Assembly: GCF_000014785.1 (NCBI RefSeq)
Contig: NC_008340.1
Location: 2,820,001 to 2,852,000 of the forward strand
DNA length: 32,000 bases
DNA from: Alkalilimnicola ehrlichii MLHE-1
GTDB taxonomy: Bacteria > Pseudomonadota > Gammaproteobacteria > Nitrococcales > Halorhodospiraceae
Direction of reading: 5' to 3'
In this document: positions 18,749 to 27,385 of the stretch, piece by piece
Layout of the letters: each line of letters starts with the position of its first letter
Numbering within the stretch: position 1 is the first letter of the stretch
Program-made: the position numbers and the translations under genes
Notes under the pieces: model-generated
The model's database searches: none
What the model was told of the DNA's origin: nothing
Seen by the model: the letters and a program-made list of their open reading frames with translations, nothing else

Positions 18749-20062
18749 ATGAAACGTCTTACCGCAACCACTGTTCGCGGCCTGATCACCGGCGCGGGTC
18801 TTGGGGGCCTGCTGATCCCGGGGCTGGCCCTCGCCACCAACGGCTACCAGCTCACCGGCCTGGGCAGCCACGAAAAGTCGCTCGGCGGGGCGGTCACCGC
18901 CGCACCGCGCAGCGCGATGACGGCCATCAGCAACCCGGCCGGTATCGGCCGCATCGGGTCCCGCGTCGACTTCTCCATGGAGGTCTTCAGCCCCGAGCGG
19001 AGCACCGACTTCCGGGCCCTCGGGGGCGAGAAGGTCACCAGCGACACCGACACCTATATCATTCCGAGCCTGGGCTGGGCGGCCCCCATCACCGAAGACC
19101 GCCGCCTGTGGTTCGGCGGGGGCTTCTTCGGCACCTCCGGGCTCGGTGTCGATTACGCGGTGACAGACGTCATGCCCAACGGGCAGCTCATGAACGGCCA
19201 CACCCAGTGGGACGGCTACAGCTCGATCTTCTTCGCCCAGATGACGCCGGTGCTTTCACTGCGGGTGAACGACCGCCTCACCGTTGGCGCCGGCCCGGTG
19301 CTCGCGCGCCAGCAGGTGGCCCTGAAACAGCGCTTCCACGACATGCCGGTCGGGCCGGGCATGGTGATGGACACCAACTTTGACCTCAGCAAGGCCAGCA
19401 GCGCCCTTGGTGCTGGTGTCAGCCTGGGCCTGATCTACGACCTTGGCACCCGGTGGCGGCTGGGCGCCACCTACCAGAGCAAGATCCACTTCGAAGACCT
19501 GCGCTACAACCTGGCCGCCGGCGACATTCATGGCCAGGACAGCAACGGCGAGTTCGTCGACGGCGAGGCGGGCACCTGGCGGCTGGGCCTCGACTACCCG
19601 CAACAGGCCAGCGTGGGCCTGGCCTGGGCGGCAAACAACACCCTCACCCTCTCCGCCGACGTGAAGTGGCTCAACTGGTCCGACACCATGGATGAGTTGA
19701 CCGTAAAGGGCCCCAATGGCAGCCGCTTCGCCCTGGACCCCGGCTGGGACGACCAGTGGGTCTTCGCCGCCGGCGCGGAGTGGGTGGTGAACCCCGAGCG
19801 GCTCACCCTTCGCGCCGGCGTCAACTACGCCGAATCCCCCCTCGATGACGAGGACGTGGCCACCAACCTCCTGCTACCGGCGGTGGTGGAACGCCATGTC
19901 GCCCTCGGCGGCACAGTGCGGATGGTCAACGGCTGGGACCTGGGCTTCCACCTCAAGCACGCCCTGAAGAACAAGCAGACCCAGGACGGCGGCCCCTTTG
20001 ACGGCGTCTCGGTGGAGATGGACCAGTGGTCCGCCGGACTCAATATCGGCTACGCCTTTTGA
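18749..20062 (+). CDS. OmpP1/FadL/TodX-family outer membrane protein
   Basis: Signal peptide then 'TNGYQLTGLGSHEKSLGGAVTAAPRSAMTAISNPAGIGRIGSRVDFSMEVF', beta-rich body, 'LRAGVNYAESPLDDEDVATNLLLPAVVERHVALGGTVRMVNGWDLGF', C-terminal Phe. Confidence 0.88.
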   Translation: MKRLTATTVRGLITGAGLGGLLIPGLALATNGYQLTGLGSHEKSLGGAVTAAPRSAMTAISNPAGIGRIGSRVDFSMEVFSPERSTDFRALGGEKVTSDTDTYIIPSLGWAAPITEDRRLWFGGGFFGTSGLGVDYAVTDVMPNGQLMNGHTQWDGYSSIFFAQMTPVLSLRVNDRLTVGAGPVLARQQVALKQRFHDMPVGPGMVMDTNFDLSKASSALGAGVSLGLIYDLGTRWRLGATYQSKIHFEDLRYNLAAGDIHGQDSNGEFVDGEAGTWRLGLDYPQQASVGLAWAANNTLTLSADVKWLNWSDTMDELTVKGPNGSRFALDPGWDDQWVFAAGAEWVVNPERLTLRAGVNYAESPLDDEDVATNLLLPAVVERHVALGGTVRMVNGWDLGFHLKHALKNKQTQDGGPFDGVSVEMDQWSAGLNIGYAF

Positions 20063-20102
20063 CCCCTAGCGACAGCAGCCAAGCCAGACAGGAGAGAGCA
20101 CC

Positions 20103-20648
20103 ATGAGCACGACCCGCGAGCAAACCACGGTGGTGGAACACCCCACGCAGGAACAGCCGGAACCGCAGCCCAAGCGCATGTCCATCATTGTCACCAAGGG
20201 CACACTGGACTGGGCCTATCCCCCCTTCATCCTGGCCACCACCGCGGCGGCCATGGACGTCAAGGTCGACCTGTTCTTCACCTTCTACGGCCTGCAACTG
20301 CTCAAGAAGGACCTCAGCCACCTGCGCATCTCTACCCTGGGCAATCCGGCCATGGAGATGCCGATGATGGGCATGCACATGGCCATGCCCAATCTGGTCT
20401 CGGCACTGCCCGGGGTGGACCGAATGGCCTCGGGGATGATGCGCCGGCTGATCAAAAAGAAGGGCGTCGCCTCGGTGGAGGACCTGCGCCAGACTGCCCT
20501 GGACTGCGATGTCGGCATGGTCGGCTGCCAGATGACCCTGGACCTGTTCGAGTTCCGGCGCGAGGACCTGATCGACGGGGTGGAACTGGCCGGCGCCGCC
20601 ACCTACATGGAGACGGCGCTGAACTCCGACATCAATCTCTACGTCTGA
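20103..20648 (+). CDS. DsrE/DsrF/DrsH-like (DsrE2-type) family protein
   Basis: 'MSIIVTKGTLDWAYPPFILATTAAAMDVKVDLFFTFYGLQLLKKDL' and 'ALDCDVGMVGCQMTLDLFEFRREDLIDGVELAGAATYM', characteristic of the DsrE2 group. Confidence 0.85.
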   Translation: MSTTREQTTVVEHPTQEQPEPQPKRMSIIVTKGTLDWAYPPFILATTAAAMDVKVDLFFTFYGLQLLKKDLSHLRISTLGNPAMEMPMMGMHMAMPNLVSALPGVDRMASGMMRRLIKKKGVASVEDLRQTALDCDVGMVGCQMTLDLFEFRREDLIDGVELAGAATYMETALNSDINLYV

Positions 20649-20722
20649 GCGCTATTCCCTTTGGGATAGTGTGACCGCCCATGGGCCGCCGTATACTCGA
20701 AATCGATCCCTGTTGCAGCAAG

Positions 20723-20748
20723 GGGTGCCGCCGCCGCAGGCGGCACCC
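20723..20748. promoter_or_regulatory. Strong GC hairpin in the leader of the RHH-TusA gene
   Basis: GGGTGCCGCC-GCCGCA-GGCGGCACCC, 10-bp perfect arms, 26 nt upstream of the start codon at 20775; no U tract follows. Confidence 0.5.
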
Positions 20749-20774
20749 GCATCATCGATGGAGAGGGCGTCTGC

Positions 20775-21416
20775 ATGGCCGTGGTCAGCGATCGACTGAT
20801 GGAGGAACCCCGGGCCCGGGCGGGCGAGGCCGACAGCGGCCTGCGCCGTGGCCCCAGCCCGCTGGAGCGCCTGTTCAGCCTGTGTGCCCCGGAGGACCGC
20901 AAGGGGTACGAACCCGGACGACGCTCACTGCGCATCGACGGCCACTGCACCACCATCCGCCTGGAGCAGGCCTTCTGGTCCGTATTGGAGGAGATCTCCG
21001 CCGAGGAGGGCATGACCATCCCGGAGATCATCGCCCAGGTGCAATACCACTGTCAGAGCGTCAACGACAAGAATATGGCCAGCTGCCTGCGGGTGCTTTG
21101 CCTCAAGTACATCAACACCTGCGCCTGGGCCACACCGGGCGAGGGCACTCCCGGGACGCCAGCCCTGCCCCAGCCCGGCCCGCGCATGGAGTTGGACACC
21201 CGGGGCCTGAGCTGTCCGCAACCGATCCTGCGCACCAAGAAGGCCCTGCGCGGCCTGGAGCCGGGCGAGGAACTCCGGGTGATCACCAGCGACCGCGGCT
21301 CGGCCATGGACTTTGACGTGTTCTGCCAGGCCATGGGCCACCGTCTGGTCTGGGAGCGGGAGACCGAAGAGGCCTACGTCTTCCTGCTGCAGAAGGGCAC
21401 CGGCGGCGCGGTCTGA
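20775..21416 (+). CDS. Two-domain protein: N-terminal ribbon-helix-helix-like domain plus C-terminal TusA/SirA-type sulfurtransferase domain
   Basis: N-terminal 'RRSLRIDGHCTTIRLEQAFWSVLEEISAEEGMTIPEIIAQV' resembles RHH_4-type domains; C-terminal 'MELDTRGLSCPQPILRTKKALRGLEPGEELRVITSDRGSAMDFDVFCQAMGHRLV' carries the TusA CPxP motif. Confidence 0.85.
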   Translation: MAVVSDRLMEEPRARAGEADSGLRRGPSPLERLFSLCAPEDRKGYEPGRRSLRIDGHCTTIRLEQAFWSVLEEISAEEGMTIPEIIAQVQYHCQSVNDKNMASCLRVLCLKYINTCAWATPGEGTPGTPALPQPGPRMELDTRGLSCPQPILRTKKALRGLEPGEELRVITSDRGSAMDFDVFCQAMGHRLVWERETEEAYVFLLQKGTGGAV

Positions 21417-21442
21417 GGGCCGCCGGTGCGCCAGGGGCGGGG

Positions 21443-22669
21443 TCAGAAGCTGTACTTCGCCGAGACCTGCACGCGGTTCAGCTCGCCGCTGTCCTCACCA
21501 TAGGCGTCCTCGCCCTCGATCTCCCGCTCGGCCCAGATGTACTCCACGCCCACGTCCACGTTCTGCACCGGTGTATAGATCAGGTTGAGGTGCACCGACT
21601 GGATCTGCTCGTTGGCCGTCTCCGGGGCGCTGCTGGGGTTGTCGGCCTTGGCCAGGCTGTAGACCAGGCTGCTGCGCAGGGTCTGATTCCACCAGTGCCG
21701 ATAGGACACATACCCACCCCAGATGCTCAAGGAGTCCAGATTGCCCTGGTCGTCGATAAAGGCATCGGGAAAGGCGTTCAGGCCGAGGTAACGGCCGAGT
21801 CCGTCGCCGTAGTTGAGCTGAAAGCGGACATCATTGCGCCCTCCGGCCTTCACCACGCCGGTCAGGCTGAGTGCGCCCACCCACTCGTCGTCGTCCACGT
21901 CGGCGCCGAGTTCCCGCGAGGTGCTGCGATCGACCCGGAGATTCCGGGCGACGCCAGCCAGGGAGCCGTGGCCCCAATCCCCCGAGACGTTGTAGCGGGC
22001 GACGAACTCCGGCCAGCGGTCATCCCGGGCGTTGCGGATGGCATCGCCCGGATCGGCCTCACCCAACGTCGCCTCGGAGGCCAGGGTGGTGAAGGGCTGT
22101 TCCACCGCCAGCATCAGGCTGTTGCCCTGCTCCAACGGCAGGGTGTAGCGCACCTGGATATTGCGATTGAACACCGTGCCGGCGGGCCCGACGAAATCCA
22201 GGGTCTCCGGTTTGGTGGTAACGTTGTAGAAAGTGCCCCAGGTCTGCCCGGCCAGCCAGTTGCCCAGCTGACCGAAGGCGTGCCGTAGCCGCGGGGGCTG
22301 GTTGCCCACCAGGCGGTTGCGGTCGATGGCGGCATCCTCGAGAAAGTCCACTTCGAGAAACGTGGTCAGATCCCCCAGGCCGGTGGGCGTCTGCGTGCGC
22401 AGGTTGACCCGACTCTCACGCACGCTGTAGCGGGTGACATTCCGTGAGTCCTCCTGCCCGTCCAGCGGGATCAGGGCGGGGATCATGAAGGCCTCGCTGC
22501 GGTCGTTGGCGGCACGGTTGGTCACATCACTGAAGTGGGCATCCATCTTCACGTAGCCGCCGAAATCGACGGTGGTCTCCGCCCACGCCGGTGAGATGAT
22601 CAGCCCCAGCAGTGCGGCGGTGGCCACCCCCAGGCAAACCGGTTTTTTGGTATGGCATGTGCTGCGCAT
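21443..22669 (-). CDS. DcaP-like trimeric porin / outer membrane protein
   Basis: MRSTCHTKKPVCLGVATAALLGLIISPAWAETTVDFGGYVKMDAHFSD..., 'SRVNLRTQTPTGLGDLTTFLEVDFL', 'RHAFGQLGNWLAGQTWGTFYN', 'VQVSAKYSF' C-terminal Phe. Start at ATG 22669. Confidence 0.85.
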   Translation of the reverse strand: MRSTCHTKKPVCLGVATAALLGLIISPAWAETTVDFGGYVKMDAHFSDVTNRAANDRSEAFMIPALIPLDGQEDSRNVTRYSVRESRVNLRTQTPTGLGDLTTFLEVDFLEDAAIDRNRLVGNQPPRLRHAFGQLGNWLAGQTWGTFYNVTTKPETLDFVGPAGTVFNRNIQVRYTLPLEQGNSLMLAVEQPFTTLASEATLGEADPGDAIRNARDDRWPEFVARYNVSGDWGHGSLAGVARNLRVDRSTSRELGADVDDDEWVGALSLTGVVKAGGRNDVRFQLNYGDGLGRYLGLNAFPDAFIDDQGNLDSLSIWGGYVSYRHWWNQTLRSSLVYSLAKADNPSSAPETANEQIQSVHLNLIYTPVQNVDVGVEYIWAEREIEGEDAYGEDSGELNRVQVSAKYSF

Positions 22670-22899
22670 GGTCGTTATCTCCTGACGGTGTGCAGTGTTC
22701 GCGATGACAAAGCGACGGTGCCCGAAGGCCCCCAGACACCGTCCCGTAGGAGTGTCGCCGGCCCCAGCCGACCCACCATGCGCATTAATACTTACTCGGT
22801 TTTTACTTAGTTTCCGGTTGCCTACGCAATTCCCCGGATGCGCCCGGGGCACCTGTTCTGCTGGACTGGCGGGAGATCCGGTTCAGGAGACCCGATGCC

Positions 22900-23949
22900 A
22901 TGCCCAGCAACAGCAGACGACAGTGGGGCAGCGCCAGGATCGCGGCGCTGGCTGTGGCCCTTGCGGTGACGGGGCAGGCCCACGCCCGCCTGCCGGTGGT
23001 CGACCCGCCGCTGATGCCCGAGGCGCCGGCGGATTACCGCGCCGCCAGCCTCTCCGGGGGGCCCGGGAAGGACGGCATCCCGGCCATCGACAACCCCGCG
23101 TTCCAGGCCGCCTCGGAGGCCGACGCCCGGCTCGACGACGGCGACCGGGTGGTGGGCCTCTACCATGACGGCGAAGCCCGGGCCTATCCCCAATCCATCC
23201 TGGTCTGGCACGAAATCGTCAACGACACCGTGGCCGGCGAGAACATCGCCGTCACCTACTGCCCCCTCACCGGTACCGCCCTGGGTTACCTGCGCGGCGA
23301 GACCACGCTGGGCGTCTCCGGCCGCCTGGTGAACAGCAACCTGATCATGTTCGACCGGGCCAGCGACAGCCTCTGGCCCCAGATACTGAGTGCCGGCATC
23401 GGCGGCCCCCACGAGGGCCAGGGGTTGGAGGAAGTGCGCGTGGTCTGGACCACCTGGGGCCGTTGGCGCGAGCGCCACCCGGACACCCGGGTGCTGACCA
23501 CGGACACCGGCTACCTGCGCAATTACAACCGCGACCCCTACGGCGGGTATAACCCGGTCCGGGGCTATTACGCCCCCAACGCATCGCCCATCTTCCCGGT
23601 CCGCCCGAGCAGCGACCGCTACCCGCCGAAAGAGGAGGTCTTCGGCATCCGCACCGCCAGTGCCGCGGTGGCGCTGGATCGGGACCACCTCGCGGCGGCG
23701 GGCGTGGTGAACATTCCGCTGGGTGATGACCACCTGGTGGTGGTCCACGACCCCGGCCTGGATACCGGTTGGGCCTTTCGTGCCGACGAGGCGGTGGCGC
23801 TGGACCCGACAGCGCTGCGGTTCGGGCCCGAGGGCCCGGTACACCCGGAGTTGGCGGACCTGGAGCGAGTGAACGGCTTCGAGGCCATGTGGTTCGCCTG
23901 GTACGCCTTCTATCCGGATACGGTGGTGGTCGATGGCGCTGGCCGCTGA
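22900..23949 (+). CDS. DUF3179 domain-containing protein, exported
   Basis: 'GIPAIDNPAF', 'VVGLYHDGEARAYPQSILVWHEIVNDTVAGENIAVTYCPLTGTALGYLR', 'GVSGRLVNSNLIMFDRASDSLWPQ' is the DUF3179 signature. Confidence 0.85.
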   Translation: MPSNSRRQWGSARIAALAVALAVTGQAHARLPVVDPPLMPEAPADYRAASLSGGPGKDGIPAIDNPAFQAASEADARLDDGDRVVGLYHDGEARAYPQSILVWHEIVNDTVAGENIAVTYCPLTGTALGYLRGETTLGVSGRLVNSNLIMFDRASDSLWPQILSAGIGGPHEGQGLEEVRVVWTTWGRWRERHPDTRVLTTDTGYLRNYNRDPYGGYNPVRGYYAPNASPIFPVRPSSDRYPPKEEVFGIRTASAAVALDRDHLAAAGVVNIPLGDDHLVVVHDPGLDTGWAFRADEAVALDPTALRFGPEGPVHPELADLERVNGFEAMWFAWYAFYPDTVVVDGAGR

Positions 23950-24472
23950 TCCGGTGCCCCGCCGCGCCGCCCTGGCCGCGGGGCTGGGCTACGCGGCGCT
24001 TTATCTCTGGCTGACCGGTGATCTCGACCTCACGGGCGACACGGCCTGGCGCTGGCAGTTGGGGCGCCTGGAATGGGCACATGTAATCCAGGCACGCGCG
24101 CCGTTTCTCTACGAAGCCGTTGCCCTCGTCCAGGCGGGCCGCCTGATGTGGCTCATCAGCCCGCTGAACCTGCTGATCACCGCCCTGCTTGCGGGCCTGC
24201 TGGCCGCCAATGTGCACGGCATGCTGACCCTGCGCCGTGGCGCGGCCACCCATTGCCGCAGCGGGCGGGGGGGCGCGGCCAGCGGCGCCCTGCCGGCATT
24301 GCTGGCCGGCTCCGCCTGTTGCGCCCCCGGCATCCTGCTGCTGTTGGGCATTCCGGCCCTGGGGGCCTTTGTCGGGTTGTTCGCCTGGCTGATCCCCCTC
24401 TCCCTGCTGCTGCTGGCCCTGAGCCGCGGCTGGCAGCGGTGGTGGGGCGCGCCCCCGCTCCTCGGGCGCTAG
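23933..24472 (+). CDS. Uncharacterised multi-TM membrane protein with a CC-P motif
   Basis: Several hydrophobic segments; 'LPALLAGSACCAPGILLLLGIPALGAFVGLFAWLIPLSLLLLAL'. Start overlaps the DUF3179 stop by 17 bp. Confidence 0.7.
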   Translation: MALAADPVPRRAALAAGLGYAALYLWLTGDLDLTGDTAWRWQLGRLEWAHVIQARAPFLYEAVALVQAGRLMWLISPLNLLITALLAGLLAANVHGMLTLRRGAATHCRSGRGGAASGALPALLAGSACCAPGILLLLGIPALGAFVGLFAWLIPLSLLLLALSRGWQRWWGAPPLLGR

Positions 24473-25800
24473 TACCGCAGGGTGACGTCGAAACGCGCTC
24501 CGCCGAGGGTTTCGGAGCGGTCCACGGTCACCTGGCCACCCCGGACGGCGGCCAGGTCGCTCACCACCGCCAGGCCTATCCCCTGCCCCGGGTGGCGTTC
24601 ATCGGCCCGGCCACCGCGGGCCAGGATCCGCTCCACCTGTGCCGCCGGGACACCGGGGCCGTCGTCCTCCACCTGCAGCCACAGGCCCTCGCCGTTGCGC
24701 TGGCCCGCGCTCACCACCACCTGCGAGCGGGCATGGCGCACGGCGTTGTCCAGCAGGTTGCCGGCCAGCTCCATCAGCTCCGCCTCGCCACCAGCGAAGC
24801 GCACATCCGGCGGGCAGTCCAGCCGCAACCGCACGCCAGGGTCCAGCTTCCGCAGCGCCGCCAGCAGCCGTTCCAGCACCGGCCGCACCGGCAACCGGTC
24901 ACCCAGCGGGGCCGGTCCGTGGCCGGCCCGGCGCAGGTGGTAGTCGATGGCCTGGTCCATCCGCCGGAGCTGGGCGGTGGCCGTATCGGCCCCGTCGGCG
25001 GGCAACTGGCTGCGCAGCACCGCCAGCGGGGTCTTGAGACTGTGGGCCAGGTCCCCCAGGGCCTGCTGGTGGCGCTCCATCCGTTGTTGCTGGGCGGCCA
25101 GGAGCTGGTTGAGTCGGCGGGTCAGGGCGCTGAGCTCCGGCGGGTGGTCCTCACCCAGCCGGCGGACGCGGCCGGCCTCCACCGCCTGCAGCTCACGGCC
25201 GATACGGCGCAACGGCTGCAGTGTCCAGCGCAGCAACAGCAACTGGGTGAGCAGCAATCCCCCGGCGGCCACCGCCAGCCAGCCCCAGAGCGCCTGGCGG
25301 AAGCGGGCCAGTTCACCGGCGAAAACGGCCTGCTCCTCCAACACCTGCAGGGTGAAGCGACCGCGTTCGCCATCCGCCTCCTCCCAGGCGATCCCGTAGG
25401 CCAGGCCGTGCAGCGGCGCCCCGTCGGCGGGGGCCACGCCACCCTCCTGGGTCTCGCCGGGCGCCAGCCGGGGCGGCGCGGGCAGGGTCCGGTCCAACAG
25501 TGAGGGCGAGCGCCAGCGGATGGTGCCACCGTCGTCGATCACCTGGGCATAGAGCCCGGAGCCGGCGCTGCGCAGCCGCGCATCGGGCAGTTCCCCGGCC
25601 AGGACCAGGGCCTGATCGCGCAGCTCAGCGGCGGCCAGCAGCCCGAAGATCTGCCCCTGGAGGCGCTGGCTGCGGGCCTCCTCGGCACCCTCGCGGAAGG
25701 CGTGGTCGACCACCAGTCCGGTGGTGCCCAACAGCAGAAGCAGGGAGGCGCCGGCCACCCAGAGCACCCGGTGCAGCAGCGGGAGGCGCCGCAGACGCAT
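24469..25800 (-). CDS. Sensor histidine kinase, PhoQ/QseC-like
   Basis: MRLRRLPLLHRVLWVAGASLLLLLGTTGLVVDHAF; H-box 'ALGDLAHSLKTPLAVLRSQLP', N-box 'ELAGNLLDNAVRHA', 'VEDDGPGVP', 'GQGIGLAVVSDLAAVRGG'. ATGA overlap with the regulator. Confidence 0.92.
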   Translation of the reverse strand: MRLRRLPLLHRVLWVAGASLLLLLGTTGLVVDHAFREGAEEARSQRLQGQIFGLLAAAELRDQALVLAGELPDARLRSAGSGLYAQVIDDGGTIRWRSPSLLDRTLPAPPRLAPGETQEGGVAPADGAPLHGLAYGIAWEEADGERGRFTLQVLEEQAVFAGELARFRQALWGWLAVAAGGLLLTQLLLLRWTLQPLRRIGRELQAVEAGRVRRLGEDHPPELSALTRRLNQLLAAQQQRMERHQQALGDLAHSLKTPLAVLRSQLPADGADTATAQLRRMDQAIDYHLRRAGHGPAPLGDRLPVRPVLERLLAALRKLDPGVRLRLDCPPDVRFAGGEAELMELAGNLLDNAVRHARSQVVVSAGQRNGEGLWLQVEDDGPGVPAAQVERILARGGRADERHPGQGIGLAVVSDLAAVRGGQVTVDRSETLGGARFDVTLRY

Positions 25801-26480
25801 CACCCCGCCCTCGCCAGCCTTAACCGGTAACCCCGGCCGCGCAGGGTCTCGATGGGTTGGAGGGTGCCGTCGGGGTCCAGCTTGCGGCGCAGGCGGCGGA
25901 TGAAGACCTCCATCACGTTGCTGTCGTGCTCGGCCGCGTCGGGGTAGAGGTGTTCCTCCAGCCGGGTCTTGGACAGCACCGCGCCCTGGTGCAGCATCAT
26001 GTAGTGCAGCAACCGGAACTCGCTGCCGGTCAGCTCGATCCGGGCACCGTCGCGCCAGGCGGTCTGGCTGCGGGTGTCCAGCGCCAGCGGCGGGCACCGC
26101 AGCACCGGGTCGGCCCAGCCCCCCGCACGGCGCAGCAGCGCCTGGACCCGGGCCAGCAGCTCCGGCATCTCGAAGGGTTTGACCAGGTAGTCGTCGGCCC
26201 CGGCCTCCAGGCCGGTCACCCGATCCTGCCAGTGCCCCCGGGCGGTGAGGACGAGCACCGGCAGGGTGCGTCCGTCCGCGCGCAGCGCGCGGATGAGTTC
26301 CAGGCCGGAGAACCGCGGCAGGCCCAGATCGATGATCGCCAGATCCAGCGGGTAGTCGCGGGCCATGTGCAGCCCCTCGCGACCGTCTGCCGCCTGGTCC
26401 ACCACGTAGCCCGCGCGGCCGAGCGCGTCGGCCAGTTGCCGGCGCAGGGCGGGTTCGTCCTCGACCACCAGCAGCCGCAT
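25800..26480 (-). CDS. OmpR/PhoB-family response regulator, PhoP/QseB-like
   Basis: MRLLVVEDEPALRRQLADALG..., 'LDLAIIDLGLPRFSGLELIRALR', 'GADDYLVKPFEMPELLARVQALLRR', winged-helix C terminus 'RTQSAWRDGARIELTGSEFRLLHYMM...VFIRRLRRKL'. Confidence 0.95.
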   Translation of the reverse strand: MRLLVVEDEPALRRQLADALGRAGYVVDQAADGREGLHMARDYPLDLAIIDLGLPRFSGLELIRALRADGRTLPVLVLTARGHWQDRVTGLEAGADDYLVKPFEMPELLARVQALLRRAGGWADPVLRCPPLALDTRSQTAWRDGARIELTGSEFRLLHYMMLHQGAVLSKTRLEEHLYPDAAEHDSNVMEVFIRRLRRKLDPDGTLQPIETLRGRGYRLRLARAG

Positions 26481-26713
26481 CAACGGACCTCGCCGGTGCG
26501 GGCATCGACCCGGAAGACACGCACTTGGCCCGGGGCGACCAGCACCCGGACCCGGTAATGATTGCCGCGGCGCTCGACCCCCAGGACCCGGCCGTCGGTG
26601 TGCTCGCGCACCCGGGCCACGGCCTCGCGTTCACTCAAGCCGGCCGGCGCCGGGGTCGCGAGCAGCAGCAACGGCGTGGCGCAAAGCAGGCGCAGGCAGG
26701 TTCTACGGTTCAT
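26480..26713 (-). CDS. Small exported PepSY-domain-like protein
   Basis: MNRRTCLRLLCATPLLLLATPAPAGLSEREAVARVREHTDGRVLGVERRGNHYRVRVLVAPGQVRVFRVDARTGEVR; signal peptide plus PepSY-like fold pattern. ATGA overlap with the response regulator. Confidence 0.8.
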   Translation of the reverse strand: MNRRTCLRLLCATPLLLLATPAPAGLSEREAVARVREHTDGRVLGVERRGNHYRVRVLVAPGQVRVFRVDARTGEVR

Positions 26714-26765
26714 GCCGTTAATGTACACCAGTGCGCGTGCCCGGTGCCGCCACCCGCGGCCGCCG

Positions 26766-27281
26766 TCAGTAGTGGTCCGGGGTGACCGAGACGCGCAGGC
26801 GGATACGGTCGCCGGGGTGACTGTTGGTGCGCGTGGTGTACTCGCGGCCATCGTAGCGGTAGCGCACCCGGTAGCCGTCGTGGCGCTCCTCGGTCCGGCG
26901 GTCGTAGACGGTCCGGCACTGGCGCTCGTTGACTGTGTAGGTCCGCGACTCGCTCCCGCTCAAACCGTCCGCGATGCCGGCACCGGCCAGCGTGCCCGCG
27001 GCGATGGCGGCATCGCGCCCGCGGCCGCCGCCAAAGCGGCTGCCCACCAGGCCGCCGGCCACGCCGCCGGCGATCACCGCGGCGGTGTTGCGCTGCCCCT
27101 GGGTGGTCCGCTGCACCGGCTGGTCCCAGCACTCCTGGCGCGGGTTGGAGACCTCCACCGTGCGGTACTGCGGCGTGACGCTGAGCACTTCACCGTAGGC
27201 ATACTGGTCACCTGCGGCCTGGGCCAGCCCCGCCACCAGCAGGCCGGCGGTTGCCAGGGCAGTGATCATCGGCTTGTTCAT
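26766..27281 (-). CDS. Glycine-zipper 2TM-domain outer membrane/envelope protein
   Basis: MNKPMITALATAGLLVAGLAQA... 'NTAAVIAGGVAGGLVGSRFGGGRGRDAAIAAGTLAGAGIAD', then 'CRTVYDRRTEERHDGYRVRYRYDGREYTTRT'. The N-terminal extension in the listed ORF is discarded. Confidence 0.85.
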   Translation of the reverse strand: MNKPMITALATAGLLVAGLAQAAGDQYAYGEVLSVTPQYRTVEVSNPRQECWDQPVQRTTQGQRNTAAVIAGGVAGGLVGSRFGGGRGRDAAIAAGTLAGAGIADGLSGSESRTYTVNERQCRTVYDRRTEERHDGYRVRYRYDGREYTTRTNSHPGDRIRLRVSVTPDHY

Positions 27282-27385
27282 GGCACACCTCTCCTGTTCT
27301 TGTTCGGCCAGACGGGGACAGGATGCCCGGACGTGGCTGAACGCAGGCTGAACGGCGACACGAACGGCTGGACGGTGGTGGTGGC

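Noticed and set aside
20681-21316. Alternate-frame 211-aa ORF overlapping the RHH-TusA gene
   Set aside because: Arg/Gly/His-rich translation without motifs; the 20775..21416 frame carries the TusA CPQP motif.
24073-25503. 476-aa plus-strand ORF covering part of the membrane gene and the histidine kinase
   Set aside because: Composition typical of a GC shadow frame; competing ORFs contain clear kinase and TM signatures.
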